30,700 nucleotides of DNA from Archangiaceae bacterium. Lineage in GTDB: Bacteria; Myxococcota; Myxococcia; Myxococcales; Myxococcaceae. Of this stretch, positions 10,210-18,836 are shown piece by piece. Both the position numbers and the translations under genes were made by a program. The notes under the pieces were generated by a model. The model was given only the letters and a program-made list of their open reading frames with translations, searched no databases and had not been told where the DNA came from. The first letter of the stretch is position 1. Every line of letters begins with the position of its first letter. The DNA is taken from NCBI GenBank assembly GCA_043750125.1, contig JAYVCD010000146.1, forward strand, positions 1 through 30,700, written 5' to 3'.

Positions 10210-10686
10210 TCATCGGCAAAATCGCAACCACTGCTCGGGCAACGGGGCCTGAATCATCTTCTCTGCCGAGTACTTGTCCATCAACACGAACCCCAGCTCG
10301 GCGACAAAGCATTCTTCGTTCTCCTGCGAGATTACGACCGAGACCCGGACGACGCGCGACGATTCTTTGATGATCCACGCGCGGCCCACGGTCTCGACCC
10401 CGATTCTCACCGGGCGGCGCAGCTTTCCTTCGACCGACGTCGTGAACCCGAACTTTTCCTTCAGCGCCAGCAAGGCCCACGCTCCGACTTCATCGGCGAG
10501 GGTCATCACCAGTCCCCCGTGCATGATTCCCGGAGGCCCCTGGTACTGCGGGCCCGGCACGAAGCGCGTCACCACCGCGTCCTGGTCCCGCTCGAACGCG
10601 AGGTGAAAGCCGAACGGGTGGTTGGGCCCGCAGCCGAAGCAGGTTTGTTCTGCACCGAAGAGATGGCCGTCGAGGCGCTCGAGCAT
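10210..10686 (-). CDS. PaaI family (hotdog fold) thioesterase
   Basis: CFGCGPNHPFG and QGPPGIMHGGLVMTLADE motifs. Confidence 0.88.
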   Translation of the reverse strand: MLERLDGHLFGAEQTCFGCGPNHPFGFHLAFERDQDAVVTRFVPGPQYQGPPGIMHGGLVMTLADEVGAWALLALKEKFGFTTSVEGKLRRPVRIGVETVGRAWIIKESSRVVRVSVVISQENEECFVAELGFVLMDKYSAEKMIQAPLPEQWLRFCR

Positions 10687-10715
10687 TTCGTCCCGCCTAT
10701 TACTAGAAGCGACCG

Positions 10716-11447
10716 GTGCTCGCTCTCGTTCTCGTCTGGCTGACTGCGGTGCCTGAGCCTTCGCTGGGCCAGAGCTTGCGCGCGCTCGCCTCGACCCGGG
10801 TGCTCGTCGCTCACCAATTGGTGGGCCAGAACGTTCTCGACGGCGTCTCGGTGCTCGCCTACCAGAACGCCGTCCCGCTGCGCATCGACGAGAAGCCCTT
10901 CACGGGTGCGGGCATCCTCCACGCGTGGGTCGGGCCCGATGGCTCGCCGCTGGGGAAGCTTCGCGCTTTTGTGGCGCTGCTCGAGGAATCAAGAGGGGTT
11001 CAGGTTGCGTGGGTCGAGCTTTCCTACGCGGACCTCAACGCCGACACCGACCCGAACGCGCTGTTCATCGCCTTTCAGAGCTGCCACGACGCGCTGAAGA
11101 TCCGCTTTCCCCAGGTTCGGTTTTTGATCGCCACTGTGGGTCTGACCACGGTTCAGCGCGGGCTGCAGGGAATGCTGAAGAACAAGACGGCCAGCGGCGC
11201 CTTCGGAGAGCTTCAAAACGTGAAGCGGCACCAGTTCAATCAGCTGCTGCGTGCACGCTACGGGGGCAGCGCTTCGCTCTTCTTCGACCTCGCCGCGGTC
11301 ACCTCGAGCGGCTGCTCGTTCGAGCGCGACGGGAAGCAGTGGCCGTGTCTGCTCGACGGGCTCACCGATGACGGGGGGCACCTGAATGCGCTCGGGCGCA
11401 AGAGGGCGGGTCGGGCGTTCATCGACGCGGTGGCCGCCGCGTTGTGA
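10716..11447 (+). CDS. Secreted SGNH/GDSL-fold protein
   Basis: Hydrophobic N-terminus, block-I-like HQLVGQNVLDG, 'RHQFNQLLR' and 'FFDLA', and C-terminal TDDGGHLN (D-x-x-H). Confidence 0.6.
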   Translation: MLALVLVWLTAVPEPSLGQSLRALASTRVLVAHQLVGQNVLDGVSVLAYQNAVPLRIDEKPFTGAGILHAWVGPDGSPLGKLRAFVALLEESRGVQVAWVELSYADLNADTDPNALFIAFQSCHDALKIRFPQVRFLIATVGLTTVQRGLQGMLKNKTASGAFGELQNVKRHQFNQLLRARYGGSASLFFDLAAVTSSGCSFERDGKQWPCLLDGLTDDGGHLNALGRKRAGRAFIDAVAAAL

Positions 11448-11554
11448 ATCGTCTTTCGATGTGACTTCCGGCACAGGTGGAAGGGTCGCGCCCTGCGTAG
11501 GTTGCCGGCCATGACCTCCTCTCGATTCCTCGCAGCTGTGCAGGCCCCCGCGCA

Positions 11555-11621
11555 GGTGCGCAGTTCGGTGCGCACCTTTCGAAACACCACTCCTCGGCAG
11601 CCCGCAGGTACACGCGGTGCA
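11555..11621 (+). promoter_or_regulatory. Direct repeat GGTGCGCA-N4-GGTGCGCA and a weak sigma-54-like element upstream of the di-haem lipoprotein
   Basis: Exact 8-mer repeats at 11555-11562 and 11567-11574. AGGTACA-CGCG-GTGCA at 11606-11621 has GG-N10-GC spacing. Confidence 0.3.
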
Positions 11622-11633
11622 CAGAGCCCTGCC

Positions 11634-13634
11634 ATGAAAACTTTCTCATTGTTGGCGCTGGCCTGCCTGGCCGCCTGTAACGCCCCGCATCAGACCGCGC
11701 GATCCTCTGGCTCATTGGCGGCGTCGAAGGACGACGCGCTGCTCTACGCGGCCGATACCGACAACGGGGTCCTGGGGGTGATCGACTTGAAGAGCGGGCA
11801 GAAGCTCGCCGAAGTGAAGGTGGGTCAGTCGCCGTGGCGGGTGGCGGTGGGGCTGGACGATGCGATCTACGTCGCGAACCGCGGCAGCCGAAGCGTGAGC
11901 GTGATCCGGCGCGGCGATTGGACCGTGGCTGCCGAGCTCGCCACCGACGTAGACCCGGTCGGAATGGTGGTCAGCGCCGATGGCCGAACGCTGTACGTGG
12001 TCTGCGCCACGTCCGCGACCGCCTCTGAGTACGGCACGCTCACCGCCTTCGACACCGCCACGCTGAGCGTTCAGTGGACCTTGAGCGTCGGCGACGAGCC
12101 TCGCGGCATCGCGCTGGTCGACGGCAACCGCGCGATCATCTCGCTGTATCGCGCGGGCGAAGTGGTCGAGGTGGATCTCGCCACCGGCAAGCTCGCTTCC
12201 AACGCCAGCACCACGCTCTACCAGTCGGCCAATCGCAGCGCGCTCGCCTCGAGCTCGAAGGCCGCGCTCACGTTTCACCCTCGGGCCGCGACCGATGTGA
12301 TTGCGACTCCAGACGGGAAGCGGGTGTTCGTCACGGCGCTGCTGTCGCGCGAAGCGGCGATTCTCACTCCTCCGACTCCCGACACCCCGTACTACAAGGG
12401 CCAGGGGCCGAAGCTTGCGGGCTCGGTGACGAATGGAGCCATCTTCACCCTCGACACCGCTGGGGGAACGCTCACTCCGCAGGTCGATGACGTGTCGGTC
12501 GCCCGCTCGGGGTACGGGGACAACCTGCCTGGGTTTCCGCAAACCAACCTCGCGGTGAGCGGGTCGGCCCGGCGCTATGACCAGGACCGTCAGCGGCTTC
12601 CTCCGGTCGTGCTCCAGGGCCCGACGGTGGGCGTCGTCGACTACAGCGGCGAGTGGCTTTACGTCGTCAATCGCGAGACGAGCACCCTGGCGTTGATCAG
12701 CGCGACCAGCCGAAACGCGCGTTCCGCCGAGGAAACCTCGTGTGCGAATGGCGCTGCGTATTGCAATACGACTGAGCTGCCCTCGGTGCATTCGACGGTC
12801 GCGATTGGCAGTGGCTCGGACGGCCTGGTGGTGATGGGCGACAACACCACCGCGTACGTCTACAGCCAGTTCAAGCACGCGGTTTACAAGATTGGCTACG
12901 ACACGTCCGCCAAGGGCATCGTCAGCCAGGGGTCGATCGCCCTCGTCGGAGGCGAGGTGCTCTCTTCCGAGCTCGTCGCCGGGCGCATCTTGTTCCACAA
13001 TGCCAATGACCGCCGGGTCTCTGCGCTGGAAGCCTCGGTCGCCTGTTCCAGCTGCCACCTCGAAGGCCGCGACGATGGGCACGTCTGGAATTTCCCCGAC
13101 GGTCCGCGCCAGACGCCCACCCTGGCGGGGCGCGGAACGGCAGACACCGCGCCGTACCACTGGAGCGGAGAGTTCGCGGGGATGAAGGAATTCCTCACCC
13201 ACACCATCACCGCGCGCATGGGCGGGACCGGAGTCGACTCCACTTCGTCGAACGCGCTCAACGTCTTCATGGCCGCGATGCCGTCTCCGGAAAATGCCTA
13301 CGCGAAGGCCGAGCTCACCCCGGCCCAGCAGCACGGGCGCGAAGTCTTCGTCAAAGCGCAGTGCGACACCTGCCATTCGGGAAAATGGCTCACCAACAAT
13401 GCCAACGCTTCGGTCGGAACGCTCGCCGCGCGGGACAACGGGTTGGTGGTGAGCAAGGGCCTCAACGTCCCGTCGCTGAAGGGGTTGGCGCGCAGTGGCC
13501 CGTACCTTCACGACGGCTCGGTGACGACGCTCAACGAGCGCATCTTGCGAAATCCCGGCGACAAGCACGGAGTGACCAGCACGCTGAACTCAGGGGAAGT
13601 CGATGATCTCGTCGCGTACCTGCGGGCGCTGTAG
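11634..13634 (+). CDS. Lipoprotein with a YVTN/YncE beta-propeller and a di-haem cytochrome c peroxidase/MauG-like domain
   Basis: MKTFSLLALACLAAC lipobox (start ATG 11634); propeller blades IYVANRGSRSVSVI, LYVV and LYVVNRETSTLALI; two CxxCH motifs (CSSCH, CDTCH), RQTPTL, PYHWSG, VPSLKGL and GPYLHDGS. Confidence 0.85.
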   Translation: MKTFSLLALACLAACNAPHQTARSSGSLAASKDDALLYAADTDNGVLGVIDLKSGQKLAEVKVGQSPWRVAVGLDDAIYVANRGSRSVSVIRRGDWTVAAELATDVDPVGMVVSADGRTLYVVCATSATASEYGTLTAFDTATLSVQWTLSVGDEPRGIALVDGNRAIISLYRAGEVVEVDLATGKLASNASTTLYQSANRSALASSSKAALTFHPRAATDVIATPDGKRVFVTALLSREAAILTPPTPDTPYYKGQGPKLAGSVTNGAIFTLDTAGGTLTPQVDDVSVARSGYGDNLPGFPQTNLAVSGSARRYDQDRQRLPPVVLQGPTVGVVDYSGEWLYVVNRETSTLALISATSRNARSAEETSCANGAAYCNTTELPSVHSTVAIGSGSDGLVVMGDNTTAYVYSQFKHAVYKIGYDTSAKGIVSQGSIALVGGEVLSSELVAGRILFHNANDRRVSALEASVACSSCHLEGRDDGHVWNFPDGPRQTPTLAGRGTADTAPYHWSGEFAGMKEFLTHTITARMGGTGVDSTSSNALNVFMAAMPSPENAYAKAELTPAQQHGREVFVKAQCDTCHSGKWLTNNANASVGTLAARDNGLVVSKGLNVPSLKGLARSGPYLHDGSVTTLNERILRNPGDKHGVTSTLNSGEVDDLVAYLRAL

Positions 13635-13673
13635 GTCCGGTGGGGTCCAGGACCTTCGGGCTCACTTCAGCGC

Positions 13674-14516
13674 TCAGTAGAGAGGAAGAATTTCCGAGCC
13701 CTCGCGCAGGGCGTGCACGTCGCGATATTTCGCCGCGAGGTCGAGGCAGACATAGACCTTGCGCGGGTCGAAGAGCCCGAAGCTGGTCGAGAAGCACAGC
13801 TGGTCGTCGCCTACCCGCTCATACCCTTCACGCACCACGTCGTGCCCGTAGAGGACCACGGTGCCTTGGAGCGCCGCGAGGAACCGACGGGACTGCTCGG
13901 GGGTGGCCATCCGGCTCCAGAGCAGCGAGCCGAGAATCGGCACCCGCATGAAGCGCTCGATGTCGAAGTCGGCGTAGCCCTGCAGCTCGAGCTCTTCGAG
14001 TTGGCTGGGGGTTTTGATCTCGGCCGAAGGCGCGCCGTGCAGCATCACCGCGCCACAAGGAGCCCGGGCGACCAGCGGGAAAGTCGAGACCAGCGCGCGC
14101 AGTCGCCGCGTTCCTTCGAGGCCCAAAGTGGACTCGAGGACGCCCGCTTCATCGTCGTGAAACTTCGAGGTCACCGGCCCCCCGAAGTGCGCGTGGTCGT
14201 GGTTTCCCAACAGGCAGTGGACCCGGCCGGGCGCCCGCTGCTGCTCCTCGAGAAAAGCATCGACGAGCTCGGCAGACTGGTCGAGGTACGGCGTCCCCAG
14301 ATGTTCGGGCCATTTTTGCACCGTCCCCTCGTCGGGGCCGTGGACCAGGTCTCCGGTCAGGACCAACTGGGCGTCCGGGCCCGCCGCGCGAAAGTGGGCT
14401 GCCAGCGCAACGAAGTCCTTCAGGTTCCCCTGGATGTCCGTCCCCACCAACAGGCGGCCCCGGTCGGGAAGCTGAAGAAAGCGCGTCACGGCCGACCGGT
14501 GTATCTGGGTGCGCAA
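13674..14516 (-). CDS. Calcineurin-like metallophosphoesterase
   Basis: TDIQGN, TGDLVHG, LGNHD, LHG and YGHD in canonical order. The start could be GTG at about 14489. Confidence 0.82.
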   Translation of the reverse strand: MRTQIHRSAVTRFLQLPDRGRLLVGTDIQGNLKDFVALAAHFRAAGPDAQLVLTGDLVHGPDEGTVQKWPEHLGTPYLDQSAELVDAFLEEQQRAPGRVHCLLGNHDHAHFGGPVTSKFHDDEAGVLESTLGLEGTRRLRALVSTFPLVARAPCGAVMLHGAPSAEIKTPSQLEELELQGYADFDIERFMRVPILGSLLWSRMATPEQSRRFLAALQGTVVLYGHDVVREGYERVGDDQLCFSTSFGLFDPRKVYVCLDLAAKYRDVHALREGSEILPLY

Positions 14517-14566
14517 GGATTCTAAAGCACGGTAGTTGCGCGCGCGGTAGATGCGGTGACAGCCGC

Positions 14567-16321
14567 ATGGATCTGTTCTCTGCCCTCGATCCCCGTCTCG
14601 CGCCTTCCCTCCAAAACGAATGGGAACAACGCCGCGCGCGCTCGTCTCAACCGTTGGTCCGGGGAGTCACCGTCGCGCTGGTCGGGCACCGCGCCGCGGG
14701 AAAATCTTCGCTGCTGCCTCACCTGGCCCGACTGCTGGGTCAGGACGGCCTCGACCTCGACGCAGAGGTGGCGCGCAGATCTGGGCGAGCCTTGGGCGAG
14801 TGGGTGAGCACCGACCCGTCGGGGTTTCGCATCGCCGAGCGCGCGGTCTTCGAGTCGCTGCCCCGCGGATCCCTGGTGGCGTGTGGAGGAGGCTTTCTCG
14901 CCACTCACCCCGACGCACTTTCCGGGTCAGTGGCGGTGCTGGTCCCGATCAGCTTCGAGACGTACTGCGAACGATTGCGCGCCGACGTGACCCGCCCCCG
15001 CCTTCGCCCCGAGCTGACCCTCGAAGAAGAGCTGCGCCAGGTCTGGTCCGACCGCGAAGAGCGACACCTGCGGGTTTGCACCGTCGGCCTGGTCGACTTT
15101 CTGCTCGCCGCGGCGGCTGGAAAACGGCCACGCCGGGTGGTGACGTTGCCGCCGGCGGTCGACCCGCGTGCGTTTGCCGCAAGGGCACACAAATTTGGCG
15201 CTGAGCTGCTCGAGGTGCGCACCGATCTGACCGCGCCCGAGACGGACCTCGCCGCCGCTGCCGCCGTGCTGCCTTTGCTAATCGCCGAGCGCGGAACCCC
15301 CGTGCCCGGGCATTGGGTTCCGTTGGCCGAGCTGCTGGACACTGAAGGTCCCCGGGGCGAGGCGCGCGAGCTGCTCTCGCACCATGCGGCCTTGCCGATG
15401 ACTGCCGACGAGGCACTGGCGCATTGGAAAGACGTTCCCCCCGGCACGAGGGTCAAGCACGTCGAGCCGCTGGGACCGCTGTCTGCCGCGTGGCGACTGC
15501 TCGAGACCCAAAGCCGACTGCAGACTCAATTCGGTCTCGACGCAGTGACGGTGCTCGCGACCGGCCCTCTGGCGCTTCCGTTTCGCGCGGTGCTCGCACG
15601 GAAAAACGCGCTCGACTACCTGGCGCTCGACTCGACCTTTAGCGCCGCTCCGGGCCAACGTCTGCTCGCCGATGCCGTGCGTGAGGCGCACGCGGGCTCT
15701 CCGTCTCGGGCCCGGCTCGGCATCCTCGGACACGAAATTTCACTCTCGCGTTCGCCTTCGATTCACCCTCAGCCTTTCGATCGCATCGAGCTGCCCGCGG
15801 ACGCGGATGCTGCCGCAATGGTCCAGGCGCTGCGGCCGCACTACCGCGGCTTTGCGGTCACCCGCCCCTTCAAGTGCAGCGTGCTGACCGAAGTCGCAGT
15901 GAACACCCTGTGGCGAACCGGCGAGGGCTTCGAGGGTGACAACACCGACGTGCTGGGCGCGGTGGCCGCGCTGTCGAAGTTGGGCGGGTCTGCCTTCACC
16001 GTCCTGGGCGAAGGCGGGGTGGCCGATGCGCTCGCGGCGGCAGCCGTGCAGCTGGGCGTCGCGATGCGCTTCGTTCAGCGCGCCGACGCGGCCGGCCAAC
16101 AGCTCAAAGGGTCCGTGGTCTGGACCTGGCCTCCGGGCCTCGAGGCCCCCGCTGGGTTGAACCTCGTGGGCGCGCGGGTAGGCGTCATCTCGTACGGCTC
16201 GCGTGGGCATCAGATCGCGCGTCAGATTCGAGCCCTGGGAGGAACCCCGGTGTGGCTCGGTGCGCGGTGGTTCATCGCCCAGGCGCGGGCACAACGGCAG
16301 CGATGGGAGGCGGCGACGTGA
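14567..16321 (+). CDS. Trifunctional shikimate kinase / type I 3-dehydroquinate dehydratase / shikimate dehydrogenase fusion (AroK-AroD-AroE)
   Basis: Kinase: GHRAAGKS, DLD, FRIAE, CGGG, RPRL. Dehydratase: ELLEVRTD, LSHH, RVKH, APGQ. Dehydrogenase: SRSPSIH, VTRPFK, AVNT, NTD, GEGGVA, IAQARAQ. The stop overlaps the aroB start (GTGA). Confidence 0.82.
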   Translation: MDLFSALDPRLAPSLQNEWEQRRARSSQPLVRGVTVALVGHRAAGKSSLLPHLARLLGQDGLDLDAEVARRSGRALGEWVSTDPSGFRIAERAVFESLPRGSLVACGGGFLATHPDALSGSVAVLVPISFETYCERLRADVTRPRLRPELTLEEELRQVWSDREERHLRVCTVGLVDFLLAAAAGKRPRRVVTLPPAVDPRAFAARAHKFGAELLEVRTDLTAPETDLAAAAAVLPLLIAERGTPVPGHWVPLAELLDTEGPRGEARELLSHHAALPMTADEALAHWKDVPPGTRVKHVEPLGPLSAAWRLLETQSRLQTQFGLDAVTVLATGPLALPFRAVLARKNALDYLALDSTFSAAPGQRLLADAVREAHAGSPSRARLGILGHEISLSRSPSIHPQPFDRIELPADADAAAMVQALRPHYRGFAVTRPFKCSVLTEVAVNTLWRTGEGFEGDNTDVLGAVAALSKLGGSAFTVLGEGGVADALAAAAVQLGVAMRFVQRADAAGQQLKGSVVWTWPPGLEAPAGLNLVGARVGVISYGSRGHQIARQIRALGGTPVWLGARWFIAQARAQRQRWEAAT

Positions 16322-17307
16322 AAGCTCCAGGAAGTTACCGACCCGTGAATGACAAGTGGGGGCGATTTGCGTCGCTCGCTCCGAAGGGCGCGGCGTGGAT
16401 CATCGATGCGAAGGTCGCCAGGCTTCACCCCGGCGTGGTCCGGTCTCTGCGCGCGCCGCTGCACGTCGAGCTCGTCACCGCGGGCGAGGCGCTCAAGTCG
16501 ACTCGAGCGCTCGAGAGAATCGCTCCCCGATTGCTCCAGCTTCCGCGCGGAGGAACGCTGGTCGCGGTCGGAGGTGGCACGGTCGGCGATTTTGCGACCG
16601 TCGCCGCGCACCTGGTGAAGCGGGGCGTGAATCTGATTCAGGTGCCGACGACTTTGCTGGCCGCCGTCGACAGCAGCGTGGGCGGGAAGGGCGCGCTCAA
16701 TGTCGGCGAGGTGAAGAACGCGTTGGGCGTCTTTCACTACCCCTCGCAAACGCTGCTGTGCGCCGACTTCTTTGCCACCCTCAGCCCGGCCCAGCATCGC
16801 GAAGGAATCGCAGAGGCGCTGAAGATGGCGGTCTGTCTGGACGCCGCGGTCTGGAAGAATTGGTCGCGCCGCGCTCCGCCGACGCTCGAGCTCGTCAAGA
16901 CCGCGCGGCAGTTGAAAGAACGGGTGTGCCGGGCCGACCCCTACGAGCAGACCGGGCGCAGAAGCGTCTTGAATTTTGGCCACACGTTTGGGCATGTGAT
17001 CGAAAGCCTCAGCCGCTTTCGGGTGCGGCACGGAGAAGCCGTCGCCCTCGGAATGCTCTGCGCGCTCGATGTCGGGCGGGCGATGGAAGTCACGCCGCTG
17101 GCGCTGGGCCAACAGGTCGAAGCGGTACTCGCTGAACGCACCGGCGCCGCCCGCCCCCGGCTGGCTTCGGTGCTCGAAAATCACGCCTCCGAAGAAGTCG
17201 AACGCCTGCTCGGCGCGGACAAGAAGTCGGTCGGGAACGGGCTGCGAATGGTGCTGCTGGTGCGCCCGGGGCTGGCGCGCCTGGTCGATGTGCCGAGGTG
17301 GCGATGA
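16318..17307 (+). CDS. aroB: 3-dehydroquinate synthase
   Basis: GEALKS, VGGGTVGDFA, VPTTLLAAVDSSVGGK, KNALGVF, EGIAEALK, LNFGHTFGHVIE, RHGEAVALG and ADKK. GTG 16318 is preceded by GGGAGG. Confidence 0.93.
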   Translation: MKAPGSYRPVNDKWGRFASLAPKGAAWIIDAKVARLHPGVVRSLRAPLHVELVTAGEALKSTRALERIAPRLLQLPRGGTLVAVGGGTVGDFATVAAHLVKRGVNLIQVPTTLLAAVDSSVGGKGALNVGEVKNALGVFHYPSQTLLCADFFATLSPAQHREGIAEALKMAVCLDAAVWKNWSRRAPPTLELVKTARQLKERVCRADPYEQTGRRSVLNFGHTFGHVIESLSRFRVRHGEAVALGMLCALDVGRAMEVTPLALGQQVEAVLAERTGAARPRLASVLENHASEEVERLLGADKKSVGNGLRMVLLVRPGLARLVDVPRWR

Positions 17308-17398
17308 GTGCGTGCCGAGGTACTGGGCGGGTGAAGCAGGGCTTGGCCGGATTCTGGCGTCCCCTTTCGCCGGCAGGTATCAACCCCCGGAGACGCAA

Positions 17399-18826
17399 AT
17401 GAGCACGGGCTTCGACGCGGTGGTGGTGGGTTCGGGCCCCAACGGGCTGGGCTGCGCGATCGAGCTCGCTCGCGCCGGAAAGAGGGTGATGGTGTTCGAG
17501 GGCCAGCCGACCTTCGGCGGAGGAGCCCGCAGCGCCGCGCTCACTCTTCCCGGTTTCACCCACGACCTCTGCTCGGCGATTCATCCTCTCGCCGCCTCGT
17601 CTCCCTTCTTCCAGTCGATGCCGTTGGAAAAGTTTGGGCTCACCTGGCTTCACCCCCCATCGCAGCTGGCCCACCCGCTGGACGATGGAACGGCGGCGGT
17701 GCTCGAGCGGTCGATGGAAGCCACCGCGGACACGCTGGGCCCCGACGGGAAGGCGTGGATCACCCTGATGAAGCCGTTCGTAGATCGCTGGGACGACTTC
17801 AAGAGCGTGCTCTTCGACCCGGTGATGCGCATTCCAAAAAGCCCGCTGCTGCTCGCGCGCCTGGGGATTCATGCGCTGCGTCCGGCTTTCGATTTCGCCG
17901 AGGAAGAGTTTGTGGGCCCGCTCGCGAAGGCGCTCTTCGCCGGGTGCGCGGCCCATTCGTTTGGAAAGCTGACCTCGCCGCTTACGTCCTCGCTGGGGTT
18001 TGCCCTGGGCGTCAGCGGGCACGCGGTGGGCTGGCCGACTCCGCGCGGAGGCACCCAGAAAATCACCGACGCGCTGCTGGGGTATTTCAAGTCGCTGGGC
18101 GGAGAGGCGCGGGCCGATTTTCCGGTGCAGTCATTGGGGCAGTTGCCCGAAGCGAAGGCCTACTTCTTCGACACCGGCGCGCGGGTAATGGCTTCCATTT
18201 GTGGAGACCAACTGCCTTCGCACTACCACCGCGCGATGGAACGGTTCCGGCCCGGTCCGGCCGCGTTCAAGCTCGACTACGGGCTCGACGGGCCGATGCC
18301 GTGGACGAACGAGGCGTGTCGTCGCGCGGGCACGCTGCACCTGGGCGGCACGATGGCGATGGTCGCCCAGTCTGAAGCGCAGGTGAATGATGGGATTCCT
18401 CCCGAGCGGCCGTACGTGCTCGTCGCGCAGCAGAGCCTCTTCGACGACACCCGCGCGCCGACGGGCAAGCACACGCTCTGGGCGTACTGTCACGTGCCCA
18501 ACAACAGCACCTTCGACATGACCGAACGAATCGAAGCGCAGCTCGAGCGCTTTGCTCCCGGCTTCCAACGGCTCGTGCTCCACCGCGCGACGAGGCGACC
18601 GCAGGACTTCGAGGCCGGAAACGCCAACTACCAGGGAGGAGACATTTCGGCCGGAGGGATCGATGGTCTGCAGATGTTCTTCCGCCCGTCGGTCTCCATC
18701 ACTCCCTGGGCGACGCCGAACCCCAAAGTGTTTCTGTGCTCGGCTGCGTCTCCGCCGGGTCCGGGCGTGCACGGTATGTGTGGGTTCTGGGCGGCCCGCA
18801 CCGCGTTGGATCGCGTCCTGGCCTGA
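17399..18826 (+). CDS. FAD-dependent oxidoreductase, phytoene dehydrogenase-related (COG1233)
   Basis: DAVVVGSGPNGL, GGGARS, HDLCSAIHP, RAPTGKHTLWAYCHVP and CSAASPPGPGVHGMCG. Start ATG 17399 follows GGAG. Confidence 0.88.
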   Translation: MSTGFDAVVVGSGPNGLGCAIELARAGKRVMVFEGQPTFGGGARSAALTLPGFTHDLCSAIHPLAASSPFFQSMPLEKFGLTWLHPPSQLAHPLDDGTAAVLERSMEATADTLGPDGKAWITLMKPFVDRWDDFKSVLFDPVMRIPKSPLLLARLGIHALRPAFDFAEEEFVGPLAKALFAGCAAHSFGKLTSPLTSSLGFALGVSGHAVGWPTPRGGTQKITDALLGYFKSLGGEARADFPVQSLGQLPEAKAYFFDTGARVMASICGDQLPSHYHRAMERFRPGPAAFKLDYGLDGPMPWTNEACRRAGTLHLGGTMAMVAQSEAQVNDGIPPERPYVLVAQQSLFDDTRAPTGKHTLWAYCHVPNNSTFDMTERIEAQLERFAPGFQRLVLHRATRRPQDFEAGNANYQGGDISAGGIDGLQMFFRPSVSITPWATPNPKVFLCSAASPPGPGVHGMCGFWAARTALDRVLA

Positions 18827-18836
18827 GGATCAGCTC

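Noticed and set aside
11712..13568. 618-aa minus-strand ORF
   Set aside because: Shadow of the di-haem lipoprotein gene.
17399..18826. Calling this gene crtI
   Set aside because: No carotenoid genes are nearby and the motifs fit the wider COG1233 oxidoreductase group.
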